From an uncultured archaeon (lineage in GTDB: Archaea; Thermoplasmatota; Penumbrarchaeia; JASLWR01): a stretch of 64,000 bases of DNA. The position numbers and the translations under genes were made by a program. Under the pieces are notes generated by a model. It was not told the origin of the DNA and made no database searches. It saw only the letters and a list, made by a program, of their open reading frames with translations. The stretch's first letter is position 1; each line of letters opens with the position of its first letter. Positions 18,855 to 28,341 of the stretch are shown one piece after another. The stretch is taken from positions 9,265-73,264 of the forward strand of contig CAYSHM010000015.1 of assembly GCA_964430885.1 (NCBI GenBank). Direction: 5' to 3'.

Positions 18855-21245
18855 TCAATCGAGCTTGTCCCCTTCTTCTTCGGGGTTGTTTTCTTTATTG
18901 TCGATATCTTCACTCTCGCGATTCTCATCAGTAGAGTCCTGGTCCTTTCTCTCCTCCCCCTCTTCAATGGGGTCTTCATCCTCATCTGTCTCCTCTACTA
19001 CCTGTTCATCATCTTCATTAAGGCTCTCATCACTTTCTGCTTTGTTTTTACCTCTTGCTAAAAAGAAAACCACCAGTATGAACAGCAATGCCAGTCCAAG
19101 AATTACAATGGTTGAATTCCTTGATATAAATCCTTCACTGTCACTATCCTTTTTATCACCATTAGGATCGTCATCGTTGTCGCCAGTATCATCATCTCCG
19201 CCAGCCAGTGAAGTGATGTTGATCCAATATGTCCTATTGACCTGATTCCCAGATATGTCCGTAACGGTAAGCATTATTGAATAATTACCGGGATTCTCAA
19301 ACAGAAATGTGTTCACCGCTCCGTATAGTTCAACTTTTCCTCCAGCATAATCGAAGCTCCATGTCTGGTTCACAATACGGATATTATCTGTAGCTGTAGA
19401 ATTGAATAGGACTGTCTGCCCTTCCTTGGCTATCTTGTTGGGAATATCTCCGATTTCAGGAGGTATCATGTCCTTCACAATGACAACAACATCATCCCAG
19501 TTAAAGTTCCCAGCATTATCAGTAACATAAAGGATAATGAGATAGGAACCGATCAGGCTGAACGTGTATTCTACTTTTTCTCCATAGATTACTGCTATCT
19601 GTTTGTTCCTAAAGTCTATGACCCAGGTGAAATTAATAATGGTAGAATGATCTGTAGTATTACTTCCGTCAAGGGCCAAGTTGGTTCCTGAAGCCACTGT
19701 TCTATGTTTGGGTCCCGCGTCCACATTGGGTTTGATATTATCCACTACCGTAATAATAATAGTACGGGTATCATTGTTTTCTCTTATATCATATACCGTG
19801 AGTGTCACCTTGAAATCCCCTATCTCATGGAAGGAGAAGTTCACGTCCATTCCGTACAGGACGAATATGTCACCAGCATATTCAATATTCCATGTATAGT
19901 TCACAATTCCAATGTTATCATAGCTGTCACTGGCGTTGAATATGACCTTTTCTCCGATATACGCTTCGCGGTCATCCCCTGGATCTGAACGAGGTTTTTT
20001 CGTGTCCAAAACGGTTATAACAAAGGTGTCTCTATCTCCATTTCCCTGGGCATCCTTAACGGTCAATTCAATTTCAAATATACCTGCGGTATTGAAAAAG
20101 AAATCGGTTTCGATTCCAGTCAGTTCTCTCATCTGACCAAGATAATAGAAGTTCCATCGGTATTCCACAATTTCAATATTATCCGTAGAATTGCTTCCGT
20201 CAAATATGACCAAATTGAACTGTTCAATAACCTGATCCCTACCCGCATCCGCTGTAGGTTTTTGGGCGTCTATGACATAGACCTCTAAAGAGTCGGTACT
20301 GATGATGTCTGAGTTGTTCAATTCATCCATAACACTGAGGGTGATTGAGTACGCACCTGGATAGTGGAATATGTAATGCTGGGAAACACCGAAAAGTACA
20401 ACCAAAGTATCATTCAGGGTGAAATACCAGGTCCAATTTGTTACCGCTACATTGTCAGTGCTGTTGCTTCCGTCGAAATATGCAGTCTCGTGCTGTTTTA
20501 TATGAATATCTTCACCAGCATTTGCCACGGGCGGTTCGCCATCAAGTGCGGTCACGTTGAAACTGTCTTCACCAATATTTCCCGTTGCATCCACCACTGT
20601 TAAATATATTACAAAATCCATCTCATAGCCCATTATTATTCCTGTGGTTTCATTCATATATTTCCATTTGAGGCATGTGGGACCGAACCACGACCAGGAA
20701 AAGTGAACTATCTTGATATTGTCATAGCAGTGCCTACCGTCGACATGAATGGGCTGATGGCTCTTCGCACTCCTGTCAGGGCCTGCATTGGCTATGGGAT
20801 CTATTGTATCATTGACAGTTATTGTTCGGTTGTCTGTCTGATTCCATAAGCTGGAATTGTCCGAGAAGTGGAAGGTATAATTAATGGCTGTAGCATTTGC
20901 AGATACGTTTATCTCTTCCTGCCATATGCAGTCACCTATGTTGGTCAGGCTCTCGTTGAATCTCTCATTTTCCAATCCTTCCGTGAAAAAAATATAATTC
21001 ACCCAGACCTCCGTAAGATTTACATTGTCTGAGAAGTTTCCTGCAAAGGTCAATTGTCTCCCGGTATCAGTGCTTGTAGGTGTGAGATCCTCTAACATTA
21101 TAGGGGCTTCACTATCACTGATCAATCCAATTTCATTTCTATCATATACCTCTGCAGAGAGAAAGGAGAATAACAATGGTGCCAATAGGAATATCATTGC
21201 AGTAAAAGTTATTTCTCTGTTACGTTTATTACTGTATACCGCCAT
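18855..21245 (-). CDS. PKD-domain surface protein, copy 1
   Basis: Signal peptide; repeated P.A.AG.D...FDGSNSTDN..I..Y.W PKD modules; C-terminal TM and acidic tail. Confidence 0.9.
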   Translation of the reverse strand: MAVYSNKRNREITFTAMIFLLAPLLFSFLSAEVYDRNEIGLISDSEAPIMLEDLTPTSTDTGRQLTFAGNFSDNVNLTEVWVNYIFFTEGLENERFNESLTNIGDCIWQEEINVSANATAINYTFHFSDNSSLWNQTDNRTITVNDTIDPIANAGPDRSAKSHQPIHVDGRHCYDNIKIVHFSWSWFGPTCLKWKYMNETTGIIMGYEMDFVIYLTVVDATGNIGEDSFNVTALDGEPPVANAGEDIHIKQHETAYFDGSNSTDNVAVTNWTWYFTLNDTLVVLFGVSQHYIFHYPGAYSITLSVMDELNNSDIISTDSLEVYVIDAQKPTADAGRDQVIEQFNLVIFDGSNSTDNIEIVEYRWNFYYLGQMRELTGIETDFFFNTAGIFEIELTVKDAQGNGDRDTFVITVLDTKKPRSDPGDDREAYIGEKVIFNASDSYDNIGIVNYTWNIEYAGDIFVLYGMDVNFSFHEIGDFKVTLTVYDIRENNDTRTIIITVVDNIKPNVDAGPKHRTVASGTNLALDGSNTTDHSTIINFTWVIDFRNKQIAVIYGEKVEYTFSLIGSYLIILYVTDNAGNFNWDDVVVIVKDMIPPEIGDIPNKIAKEGQTVLFNSTATDNIRIVNQTWSFDYAGGKVELYGAVNTFLFENPGNYSIMLTVTDISGNQVNRTYWINITSLAGGDDDTGDNDDDPNGDKKDSDSEGFISRNSTIVILGLALLFILVVFFLARGKNKAESDESLNEDDEQVVEETDEDEDPIEEGEERKDQDSTDENRESEDIDNKENNPEEEGDKLD

Positions 21246-21311
21246 TTAAATCCCTTCATTTCATTATAATTCAAACATATTTACACTGTTATATATATTA
21301 AATTTATCATA

Positions 21312-21633
21312 TTATGGACTGGGAGAATTATAGAAGTCAGACCCCCCAAGTGATGAATTAACCGTATTATTCGATCTTCAATATTCCATGTATTTGGAAA
21401 AGATTCCTTCAGAGCCAGACATCTTATGACCTGCCCGAAATATAGGAAAGCTCCTTTTAATTCAACTTATTTAACAACCTCACATTCCAGATAACCCATC
21501 ATACATCGGATCAGGGGAGCATCAATGGACTTGCTAGAGATAAACTGGAATTTTCCTGATCCAAATTTATTTTATTCATTTCCAGATACGGTCCCGCAGT
21601 ATTTCATTATATCATGGGAATCTCTACCGGGAA
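21312..21633 (-). pseudogene. Decayed 3' half of a flavin reductase gene (paralog of 24237-24809)
   Basis: Translates as PGRDSHDIMKYCGTVSGNE*NKFGSGK...GYLECEVVK*VELKGA...RLIHHLGG/(frameshift)DFYNSPSP*; two stops, one frameshift, no 5' half. Confidence 0.88.
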
Positions 21634-21773
21634 CACCTACGAGATAAAAATAATCACTGAGAAGTTCGTTCCTCAATAAAGGTATATGAATAAATAAATA
21701 AATGTAATGTTTGATTTCAGAGATCAAGGTTTATGTATTAGTGTTTTTTACCTCTAAATAATTTATTCGTTGA

Positions 21774-24173
21774 TTATGAATCGAGCTTGTCCCCTTCTTC
21801 TTCGGGGTTGTTTTCTTTATTGTCAATATCTTCACTCTCGCTATTCTCATCTGTAGAGTCCTGGGCGTTCTCCCCCCCCTCTTCAATGGGGTCTTCATCC
21901 TCATCTGTTTCCTCCGTCTCCTCTACTTCCTGTTCATCATCTTCATTAAGGCTCTCATCACTTTCTACTTTGTTTTTACCTCTTGCTACGAAGAAAACCA
22001 CCAGTATGAACAGCAGTGCCAGTCCAAGAATTACAATCGTTGAATTCCTTGATAGAAATCCTTCACTGTCACTATCCTTTTTATCACCATTGGGATCGTC
22101 ATCGTTGTCGCCAATATCATCATCTCCGCCAGCCAGTGAAGTGATGTTGATCCAATATGTCCTATTGACCTGATTCCCAGATATGTCCGTAACGGTAAGC
22201 ATTATTGAATAATTACCGGGATTCTCAAACAGAAATGTGTTCACCGCTCCGTATAGTTCAACTTTTCCTCCAGCGTAATCGAAGCTCCATGTCTGGTTTA
22301 CAATACGGATATTATCTGTAGCTGTAGAATTGAATATGACGGTCTGCCCTTCCTTGGCTATCTTGTTGGGAATATCTCCGATTTCAGGAGGTATTATATC
22401 CTTCACAATGACAACAATATCATCCCAGTTAAGATTCCCCGCATTATCAATAACATAAAGTATGATGAGATAAGAACCTATCTTGCTGAAAGTGTATTCT
22501 ACTTTTACACCATACAATTCGGCCATTTGCTTGTTTTTAAAATCTATGGCCCAGGTGAAATTAACAAGGGGTGAGTGGTCTGTGGAATTACTACCGTCAA
22601 GGATCAAGCTGGTCCCAGGAGTGACCGTTCTCTGTTTTGGCCCTGCATCCACAATGGGTTTGATATTATCCACAACTGTAATCGTAATAGTGCGCGTATC
22701 ATTATTGGCTCTAATATCATATACAATGAGTGTTACATCAAAATCACCTATGTCATGGAAGGAAAAGTTCACTTCCATTCCGTACAGGACGAATATGTCA
22801 CTAGCATATTCAATATTCCATGTATGGTTCACAATTCCAACGTTATCATAGCTATCACTGGCGTTGAATATGACCTTTTCTCCGATATACACCTCGCGGT
22901 CATCCCCTGGATCTGAACGGGGTTTTTTCGTGTCCAAAACGGTTATAACAAAGGTATCTTTATCTCCATTTCCCTGGGCATCCTTAACGGTCAATTCAAT
23001 TTCAAATATACCTGCGGTATTGAAAAAGAAATCGGTTTCGATTCCAGTCAGTTCTCTCATCTGACCAAGATAATAGAAGTTCCATCGGTATTCCACAATT
23101 TCAATATTATCCGTAGAATTGCTTCCGTCAAATATGACCAAATTGAACTGTTCAATAACCTGATCCCTACCCGCATCCGCTGTAGGTTTTTGGGCGTCTA
23201 TGACATAGACCTCTAAAGAGTCGGTACTGATGATGTCTGAGTTGTTCAATTCATCCATAACACTGAGGGTTATGGAGTAAACACCAGGGTAATGAAATAT
23301 GTATTGGGGAGAAACACCGAATAGAACCACCAATGTATCGTTCAAAGTGAAATACCAGGTCCAATTTGTTACCGCTACATTGTCAGTGCTGTTGCTGCCG
23401 TCGAAGTATGCGATTTCGTGCTGTTTTATATATATGTCCGCACCTGCATTTGCTACGGGCGGTTCGCCATCAAGGGCAGTCACGTTGAAGCTGTCCTCTC
23501 CAATATTTCCCGCTCCATCCACCACAGTTAAATGTATTACAATATCCACATCATAGCCCATTATTATTCCAGAGGTTTCATTAAGATATTTCCATTTATC
23601 GCATGTGGGACAGAACCACCACCAGGAGAAATGGACGATCTTGATATTGTCATAACAGTGTCTGCCGTCAACATGAATTGGCTGATGACTCTTTGCACCC
23701 CGGTCAGGTCCTGCATTTGCCACGGGATCTATCGTATCATCAACGGTTATTGTGCGGTTATCAGTCTGATTCCATAAGCTGGAATTGTCCGAGAAATGGT
23801 ATGTATAATTGATAGCTGTAGCATTAGCAGATACGTTTATCTCCTTCTGCCAAATGCCGTCACCAATATTGTTCAGGCTTTCATTATGGCTCTCATTTTC
23901 CATTCCTTCCTTGAAAAAAATATAATTCACCCAGACCTCTGTGAGATTAATATTATCTGAGAAATTACCAGCAAATATCAATTGTCCTCCAGTAGTAGTG
24001 CTTGCTGGTGTAAGGTCCTCCTTCATGACTGGGGCTTCACCATCGCTGATCAATTCAAATCCATTTCTATTACTTCTCTCAGCAGAGAGAAAGGATAATG
24101 AAAATGGTACAACAAGCAGTAACAGAACAATAGAAGCTATTACTCTATTCTTTTTTATAATGTTTACAGCCAT
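21774..24173 (-). CDS. PKD-domain surface protein, copy 2
   Basis: 799 aa, collinear with and highly similar to 18855-21245. Confidence 0.9.
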   Translation of the reverse strand: MAVNIIKKNRVIASIVLLLLVVPFSLSFLSAERSNRNGFELISDGEAPVMKEDLTPASTTTGGQLIFAGNFSDNINLTEVWVNYIFFKEGMENESHNESLNNIGDGIWQKEINVSANATAINYTYHFSDNSSLWNQTDNRTITVDDTIDPVANAGPDRGAKSHQPIHVDGRHCYDNIKIVHFSWWWFCPTCDKWKYLNETSGIIMGYDVDIVIHLTVVDGAGNIGEDSFNVTALDGEPPVANAGADIYIKQHEIAYFDGSNSTDNVAVTNWTWYFTLNDTLVVLFGVSPQYIFHYPGVYSITLSVMDELNNSDIISTDSLEVYVIDAQKPTADAGRDQVIEQFNLVIFDGSNSTDNIEIVEYRWNFYYLGQMRELTGIETDFFFNTAGIFEIELTVKDAQGNGDKDTFVITVLDTKKPRSDPGDDREVYIGEKVIFNASDSYDNVGIVNHTWNIEYASDIFVLYGMEVNFSFHDIGDFDVTLIVYDIRANNDTRTITITVVDNIKPIVDAGPKQRTVTPGTSLILDGSNSTDHSPLVNFTWAIDFKNKQMAELYGVKVEYTFSKIGSYLIILYVIDNAGNLNWDDIVVIVKDIIPPEIGDIPNKIAKEGQTVIFNSTATDNIRIVNQTWSFDYAGGKVELYGAVNTFLFENPGNYSIMLTVTDISGNQVNRTYWINITSLAGGDDDIGDNDDDPNGDKKDSDSEGFLSRNSTIVILGLALLFILVVFFVARGKNKVESDESLNEDDEQEVEETEETDEDEDPIEEGGENAQDSTDENSESEDIDNKENNPEEEGDKLDS

Positions 24174-24236
24174 TTTAATCCCTTCATTTCATTGCAATTC
24201 GAATATATTACGCTGTTATATATTAAATTTGCCATA

Positions 24237-24809
24237 TTATGGATTCGGAGAATTATAAAAGTCCGGCCCCCCCAAATGGTGTATAAGACGGACCCTTGTA
24301 TCATCAATGTTCCAGGTATCTGAAAAACAGTCCTTCAAAGCAAGGCATCTGTTCACTTGCCCGAAATATAGATGAGCTCCTTTTAACTCCACTTGTTTAA
24401 CAACCTCACATTCCAAATAGCCCAGCATACCTACAATTAAAGGGGCGCCAATGGTCTCGCCAGAGATGAACCCGAGTTTTCCGGATTCAAATTTATTTAC
24501 ATCTTTACCAGATACGGTTCCGCAGTATTTCATGATATCATGGGAATCTCTACCGGGAATATTTACAGCGAATTCTTTGGATTTTTCAACTATTCCGGTT
24601 GTGAAATGGCTTTTCCCCATTCCGATTATGACCATAGGTGGTGATTTCTGTACCGGCATATTCCAAGCTACAGTCATCACACCTTTCAAATCCTTATAGG
24701 CAGATGATACCATGATGACAGGTCCGCTGTTTATGAAACGTGTGGCAAAATCAAGGCTTATCTCTTGATATTCTTTATCAATTTCAGTGCATGACAACAT
24801 ACAGTTCAC
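24237..24809 (-). CDS. Flavin reductase-like FMN-binding protein (DIM6/NTAB family)
   Basis: MTVAW, PPMV, HFT, KEFAVNIP, CGTVSGKDVNKF, APLI, LECEV, HHLGG. Confidence 0.88.
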   Translation of the reverse strand: MNCMLSCTEIDKEYQEISLDFATRFINSGPVIMVSSAYKDLKGVMTVAWNMPVQKSPPMVIIGMGKSHFTTGIVEKSKEFAVNIPGRDSHDIMKYCGTVSGKDVNKFESGKLGFISGETIGAPLIVGMLGYLECEVVKQVELKGAHLYFGQVNRCLALKDCFSDTWNIDDTRVRLIHHLGGPDFYNSPNP

Positions 24810-24848
24810 CTTTGAAGCATTTTTGGGGAACCCTAAAATGGGCCGAGA

Positions 24849-26165
24849 TCATACTTTGATCTCAAGATTGTTCTTGTGGGGATCAAAGAAGTGAGTGATA
24901 TAATATTCATCAATTTCAGTTTGAACCCCACCGGAGGATCTATAGGTCCAGGATGTATAGTAGGATTCAATGTCAAGAGGAAGCGGTGGCATCTCGGCCA
25001 TTTCGACATCTGGGTGTTTTGGTCCACCCGGATCCTCCCAATCTGAAAACCTATTTGCGTCCCTTTTGAGAAAATGATGGTTAACAGGGTCTACCACTGG
25101 CTGGTAAAGATCACCGTTATCGAGAGGGATAAGCAATTTTGCCCAGCCGTGTCCCTCCCATGCATTATTGGGATCATAGGAATATTGATTGTACAGTGCT
25201 CCGTTCTGGAGCCACGCAGGTATGCCAACTGATCGGCATAGTGAAATGAAAAGAATAGCCTGATCGTCACAATCTCCATAACCGTCATATAGGGTCATAT
25301 AAGCCGGTTTTGGTTTGCCGTGAAAGCGCTTCCGGTCATTCTCCATCTGTTCAGGGGTTGGATAGGCAAATCCGCCTCCATTGAATCCATATCTTTCGCC
25401 TGCTGCGGTTCCTCCTTTCTGCAGGAACTGATAGATATTGTAGGCTATCAAGTATATATTGTCCTCGCCGTCCGCAAGGTCCTCGGCTATGGCTTTGATC
25501 TTCTGGTTTGACGGTTCTATTCTATAATCAGGAGTTTTATTGTCATTATCAACATCCCTATAGGTGGATCCGTCCTCAGCAAATACTATCCACCTATCGC
25601 CAGTGTAGCGATTTGTATAGTTCTTGGGTATGTCTTCAATTTCCCCTGAATTTCTTGCGTTTATATCCCATTCAACAGTATAACTGCGGATATGATATGT
25701 GAGATGTATATCTATAGATGAGGTTGTTTCAGCGTTCCAATACAGTATGGATTCACCGTTTTCTTCCACAGTACGGGTAGGTTTAGGGTCTGTTTCAAAA
25801 GCTATGACCTTTTGTATCTCTCTGCCCATAAGTTCAATGTCCTGGGGCGGTGTTACAACAAGAGAATACTCTATCTTTCCACCGGTGGGTGTGATTGTTA
25901 GAACCCTTTCCACCTTGAAATCGGTAAACTCAGGGTCTTCTTGATAATATTCCAATCCCGCCACCAAGGATTCCATAAGGGTGTCTCTATAGGGCTTCCA
26001 GCTCGGTAATATTAGTACCAGTATGAGGAGTACAAGAAGAATAAGGGCCACAAGTTTAGTGATAATATTTCCTATAGATATCCTTCTCTTCCTCTTGCGT
26101 TTTGGGGCCTTGCTCCTTGGTTGATCCTGATAAATAGGAGGCCGTGGTTCATATTGCCCTGTCAT
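24849..26165 (-). CDS. Membrane-anchored transglutaminase-like cysteine protease domain protein
   Basis: N-terminal basic stretch + TM; GDCDDQAILFISLCRSVGIPA, GHGW, VDP (Cys-His-Asp triad). Confidence 0.87.
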   Translation of the reverse strand: MTGQYEPRPPIYQDQPRSKAPKRKRKRRISIGNIITKLVALILLVLLILVLILPSWKPYRDTLMESLVAGLEYYQEDPEFTDFKVERVLTITPTGGKIEYSLVVTPPQDIELMGREIQKVIAFETDPKPTRTVEENGESILYWNAETTSSIDIHLTYHIRSYTVEWDINARNSGEIEDIPKNYTNRYTGDRWIVFAEDGSTYRDVDNDNKTPDYRIEPSNQKIKAIAEDLADGEDNIYLIAYNIYQFLQKGGTAAGERYGFNGGGFAYPTPEQMENDRKRFHGKPKPAYMTLYDGYGDCDDQAILFISLCRSVGIPAWLQNGALYNQYSYDPNNAWEGHGWAKLLIPLDNGDLYQPVVDPVNHHFLKRDANRFSDWEDPGGPKHPDVEMAEMPPLPLDIESYYTSWTYRSSGGVQTEIDEYYITHFFDPHKNNLEIKV

Positions 26166-26412
26166 TATTTAACCTCGCTGTAATCTGCTGATTATTAATG
26201 GACTGAATTATTATTATTATTGATCTACATATTCGAAATTTTAGGTTCTGAATCATATATTATCTGATAAATCATATATACATTATTCTCTGATATTAGT
26301 ACATTCATGTTATAGCCTTGAATCCTACCTTTATCTAAAAAGCAGAGAATAATAAAACAACACCCGAAAAATCATTTCAGGGCCATTCAAAACGATTATA
26401 GGTTCTGAATCA

Positions 26413-27069
26413 TTATATAATGTATTTCAAAATATTTCTTAGGTCTTTCCTTGTAACTGTATGGGTTGCTCCTAGCGGAATATTACCCGCATTCTTAGGA
26501 TTGTTTAAGTGATTGAATAATATTCCTATGCTAGACTGAGCGAACATGGACCCGTCGATATGGGAATCACCAACAGAAGCGGTTTCCTTCTTTTCAATTC
26601 CATATTTCTTCTGGTAATTATTCAGCACACTATCCTTTCCAAGAAGCTCGACTTTTGCAATTCCCTCACCTGTAAGATAACCACTACGGTCTAATATTAG
26701 TCTATTGGATATATGATCATCCATTCCCAGTTTGTCCGCAATATGCCCGGATAATATCTCCAAACCGCAGGATATGATAATACTCCTAATATTGTTTTCC
26801 CGAAGTGTCATGATGGTTTCCACAGCCCCGGTCATTAATGGAATAGAGAAGAGTATCTCTTTAATTTCATCAATATGTATTCTGGGTTTTTTCCCTATCC
26901 AAAGATCGATATCGCGTCTGATGAACTCATTATCGTCGATCATTCCATCCATATACTGCTTATAGGAGAATTCGTTGTCTGTTCCAAAATGATCATGGAG
27001 TTTAACCCAGGATGAATGGTGGTCCAGGAGTACACCATCCATATCAAATGCTACTAGTTTAATAGACAT
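26413..27069 (-). CDS. HAD-superfamily subfamily IB phosphatase (phosphoserine phosphatase-like)
   Basis: LVAFDMDGVL, SSW, IISCG, K, VGDSHID motifs. Confidence 0.88.
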   Translation of the reverse strand: MSIKLVAFDMDGVLLDHHSSWVKLHDHFGTDNEFSYKQYMDGMIDDNEFIRRDIDLWIGKKPRIHIDEIKEILFSIPLMTGAVETIMTLRENNIRSIIISCGLEILSGHIADKLGMDDHISNRLILDRSGYLTGEGIAKVELLGKDSVLNNYQKKYGIEKKETASVGDSHIDGSMFAQSSIGILFNHLNNPKNAGNIPLGATHTVTRKDLRNILKYII

Positions 27070-27136
27070 ACATTCACCGGAAAATTTTCAGAGAACCAAA
27101 TGTTTCTAGAAGATAATTACTTTTCAGAAGTTAGAA

Positions 27137-27463
27137 TGCCAGGCAAGGCCAAAGTGGACACTCAGACACAAATGCTCATGGCCCGACTTCCAGCTACTTT
27201 CCGCTACCTCCTGAGCGCTGAGAGTACACGGTAAGGCTGCTCCCTTCCGGGCCTCACCCGGTTCCCATGATCAATGCATACTAGTTACCCTCCGGTAACT
27301 TCCATATACAACCTTCAACCCCAGAAGACGAAATATCAACACTTTCCATCGGATGAACAAAAGCTCAGATATGCCGCCTAAGGCCGTCAGTCCCACGTTA
27401 AGACGAGTTTTGGTACATCAGAAGATGTATAGGGGACGTCTAACCCCCCGACCTAGCCTGACA
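27137..27463 (-). ncRNA. ffs: Archaeal SRP (7S) RNA
   Basis: - strand reads TGTCAGGCTAGGTCGGGGGGTTAGACGTCCCC... with helix 8 CCGGGTGAGGCCCGGAAGGGAGCAGCC, helix 6 GTTACC-GGAG-GGTAAC, and a 3' end GGCCTTGCCTGGCA that pairs with the 5' end; AT-rich promoter upstream. Ends are approximate. Confidence 0.93.
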
Positions 27464-27561
27464 ACTGGTTAATATCCCGGAATTTATATTAATATTTTGG
27501 TTTGGAATAATTCGGCTTGACTTTTCTTGGGTAATTTTTCCAATCCTTCCCCAACAAATAA

Positions 27562-28341
27562 TCAACTGATCGATTCAAATCCCACATGCAGTCTTCCACC
27601 TAATAGTTCCACCACTACTGGAATGTCATAAATTTCCAAAAGTATCGACTTCTTTAGAACATCACCCGGTTTCCCTTTGGCAAGAAGCTTTCCCTTTTTC
27701 AAGGCAAAGACCTCATGGGCTATAAGAGAAGCTTCGTTGGGATCATGTGTGGAGAAGATGATGGTTCTACCCTGCTTTGATAGATTTTCTATCTTCTTCA
27801 ATAATTTTGCTCTATTTCCCATATCCAGATGAACGGTCGGTTCATCAAGGACCAGAACCTTGGGTTCTTGGGCAAGTGTTCTGGCGATGGCTATCTTTCT
27901 TTCTTCACCGCCACTCAGCTTGCCTATCTGTCTTCGTGAGAGTGAAGATAGATTCATTTCCTTCATGATGCTCTTCACTTTGTCCTTATCTATGTCAGAA
28001 GGGATATTGAAATAACCCAAATGCGGCGTTCTTCCCATTAATATGAACTCCTCAACAGTGAAGGGAAAGTATATGTTTTCTTTTTGAGGAACCCATCCTA
28101 TCAATCTGGCGGTCTGTCTGGAAGACATTTTTTTCCGATCGATTCCATCAATTGTAATCTTTCCCTTCAGGGGATTCAGAATGCCTATGATATTTTTCAA
28201 TAAGGTTGTCTTTCCCGAACCATTTCCTCCTATCAGCGCGGTTATTTTCTTCTTCTTGAAACTGGCAGTTATATTGTTAAGGACAAGATCATTTCCAGAA
28301 GAATATCCGTAGCTGACATTTTTCATATTTATTTCAACCAC
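27562..28341 (-). CDS. Iron-chelate/cobalamin-type ABC transporter ATP-binding subunit
   Basis: GGNGSGKTT, GRTPH, LSGGE, LDEPTVHLD, STHDPN; probable GTG start at 28341 overlapping the permease stop (ORF track start 28410). Confidence 0.92.
   Translation of the reverse strand: MVEINMKNVSYGYSSGNDLVLNNITASFKKKKITALIGGNGSGKTTLLKNIIGILNPLKGKITIDGIDRKKMSSRQTARLIGWVPQKENIYFPFTVEEFILMGRTPHLGYFNIPSDIDKDKVKSIMKEMNLSSLSRRQIGKLSGGEERKIAIARTLAQEPKVLVLDEPTVHLDMGNRAKLLKKIENLSKQGRTIIFSTHDPNEASLIAHEVFALKKGKLLAKGKPGDVLKKSILLEIYDIPVVVELLGGRLHVGFESIS

Larger units (their letters stand above)
18704..24559. repeat. ~2.92-kb tandem segmental duplication (units 18704-21625 and 21626-24551) bounded by ACCGGGAA microhomology
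   Basis: ACCGGGAA at 18704, 21626 and 24552. The MFS 3' tail and intergenic DNA are repeated from 21626, the two PKD genes are collinear paralogs, and the flavin reductase 3' half is repeated at 21312-21633. Confidence 0.9.
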
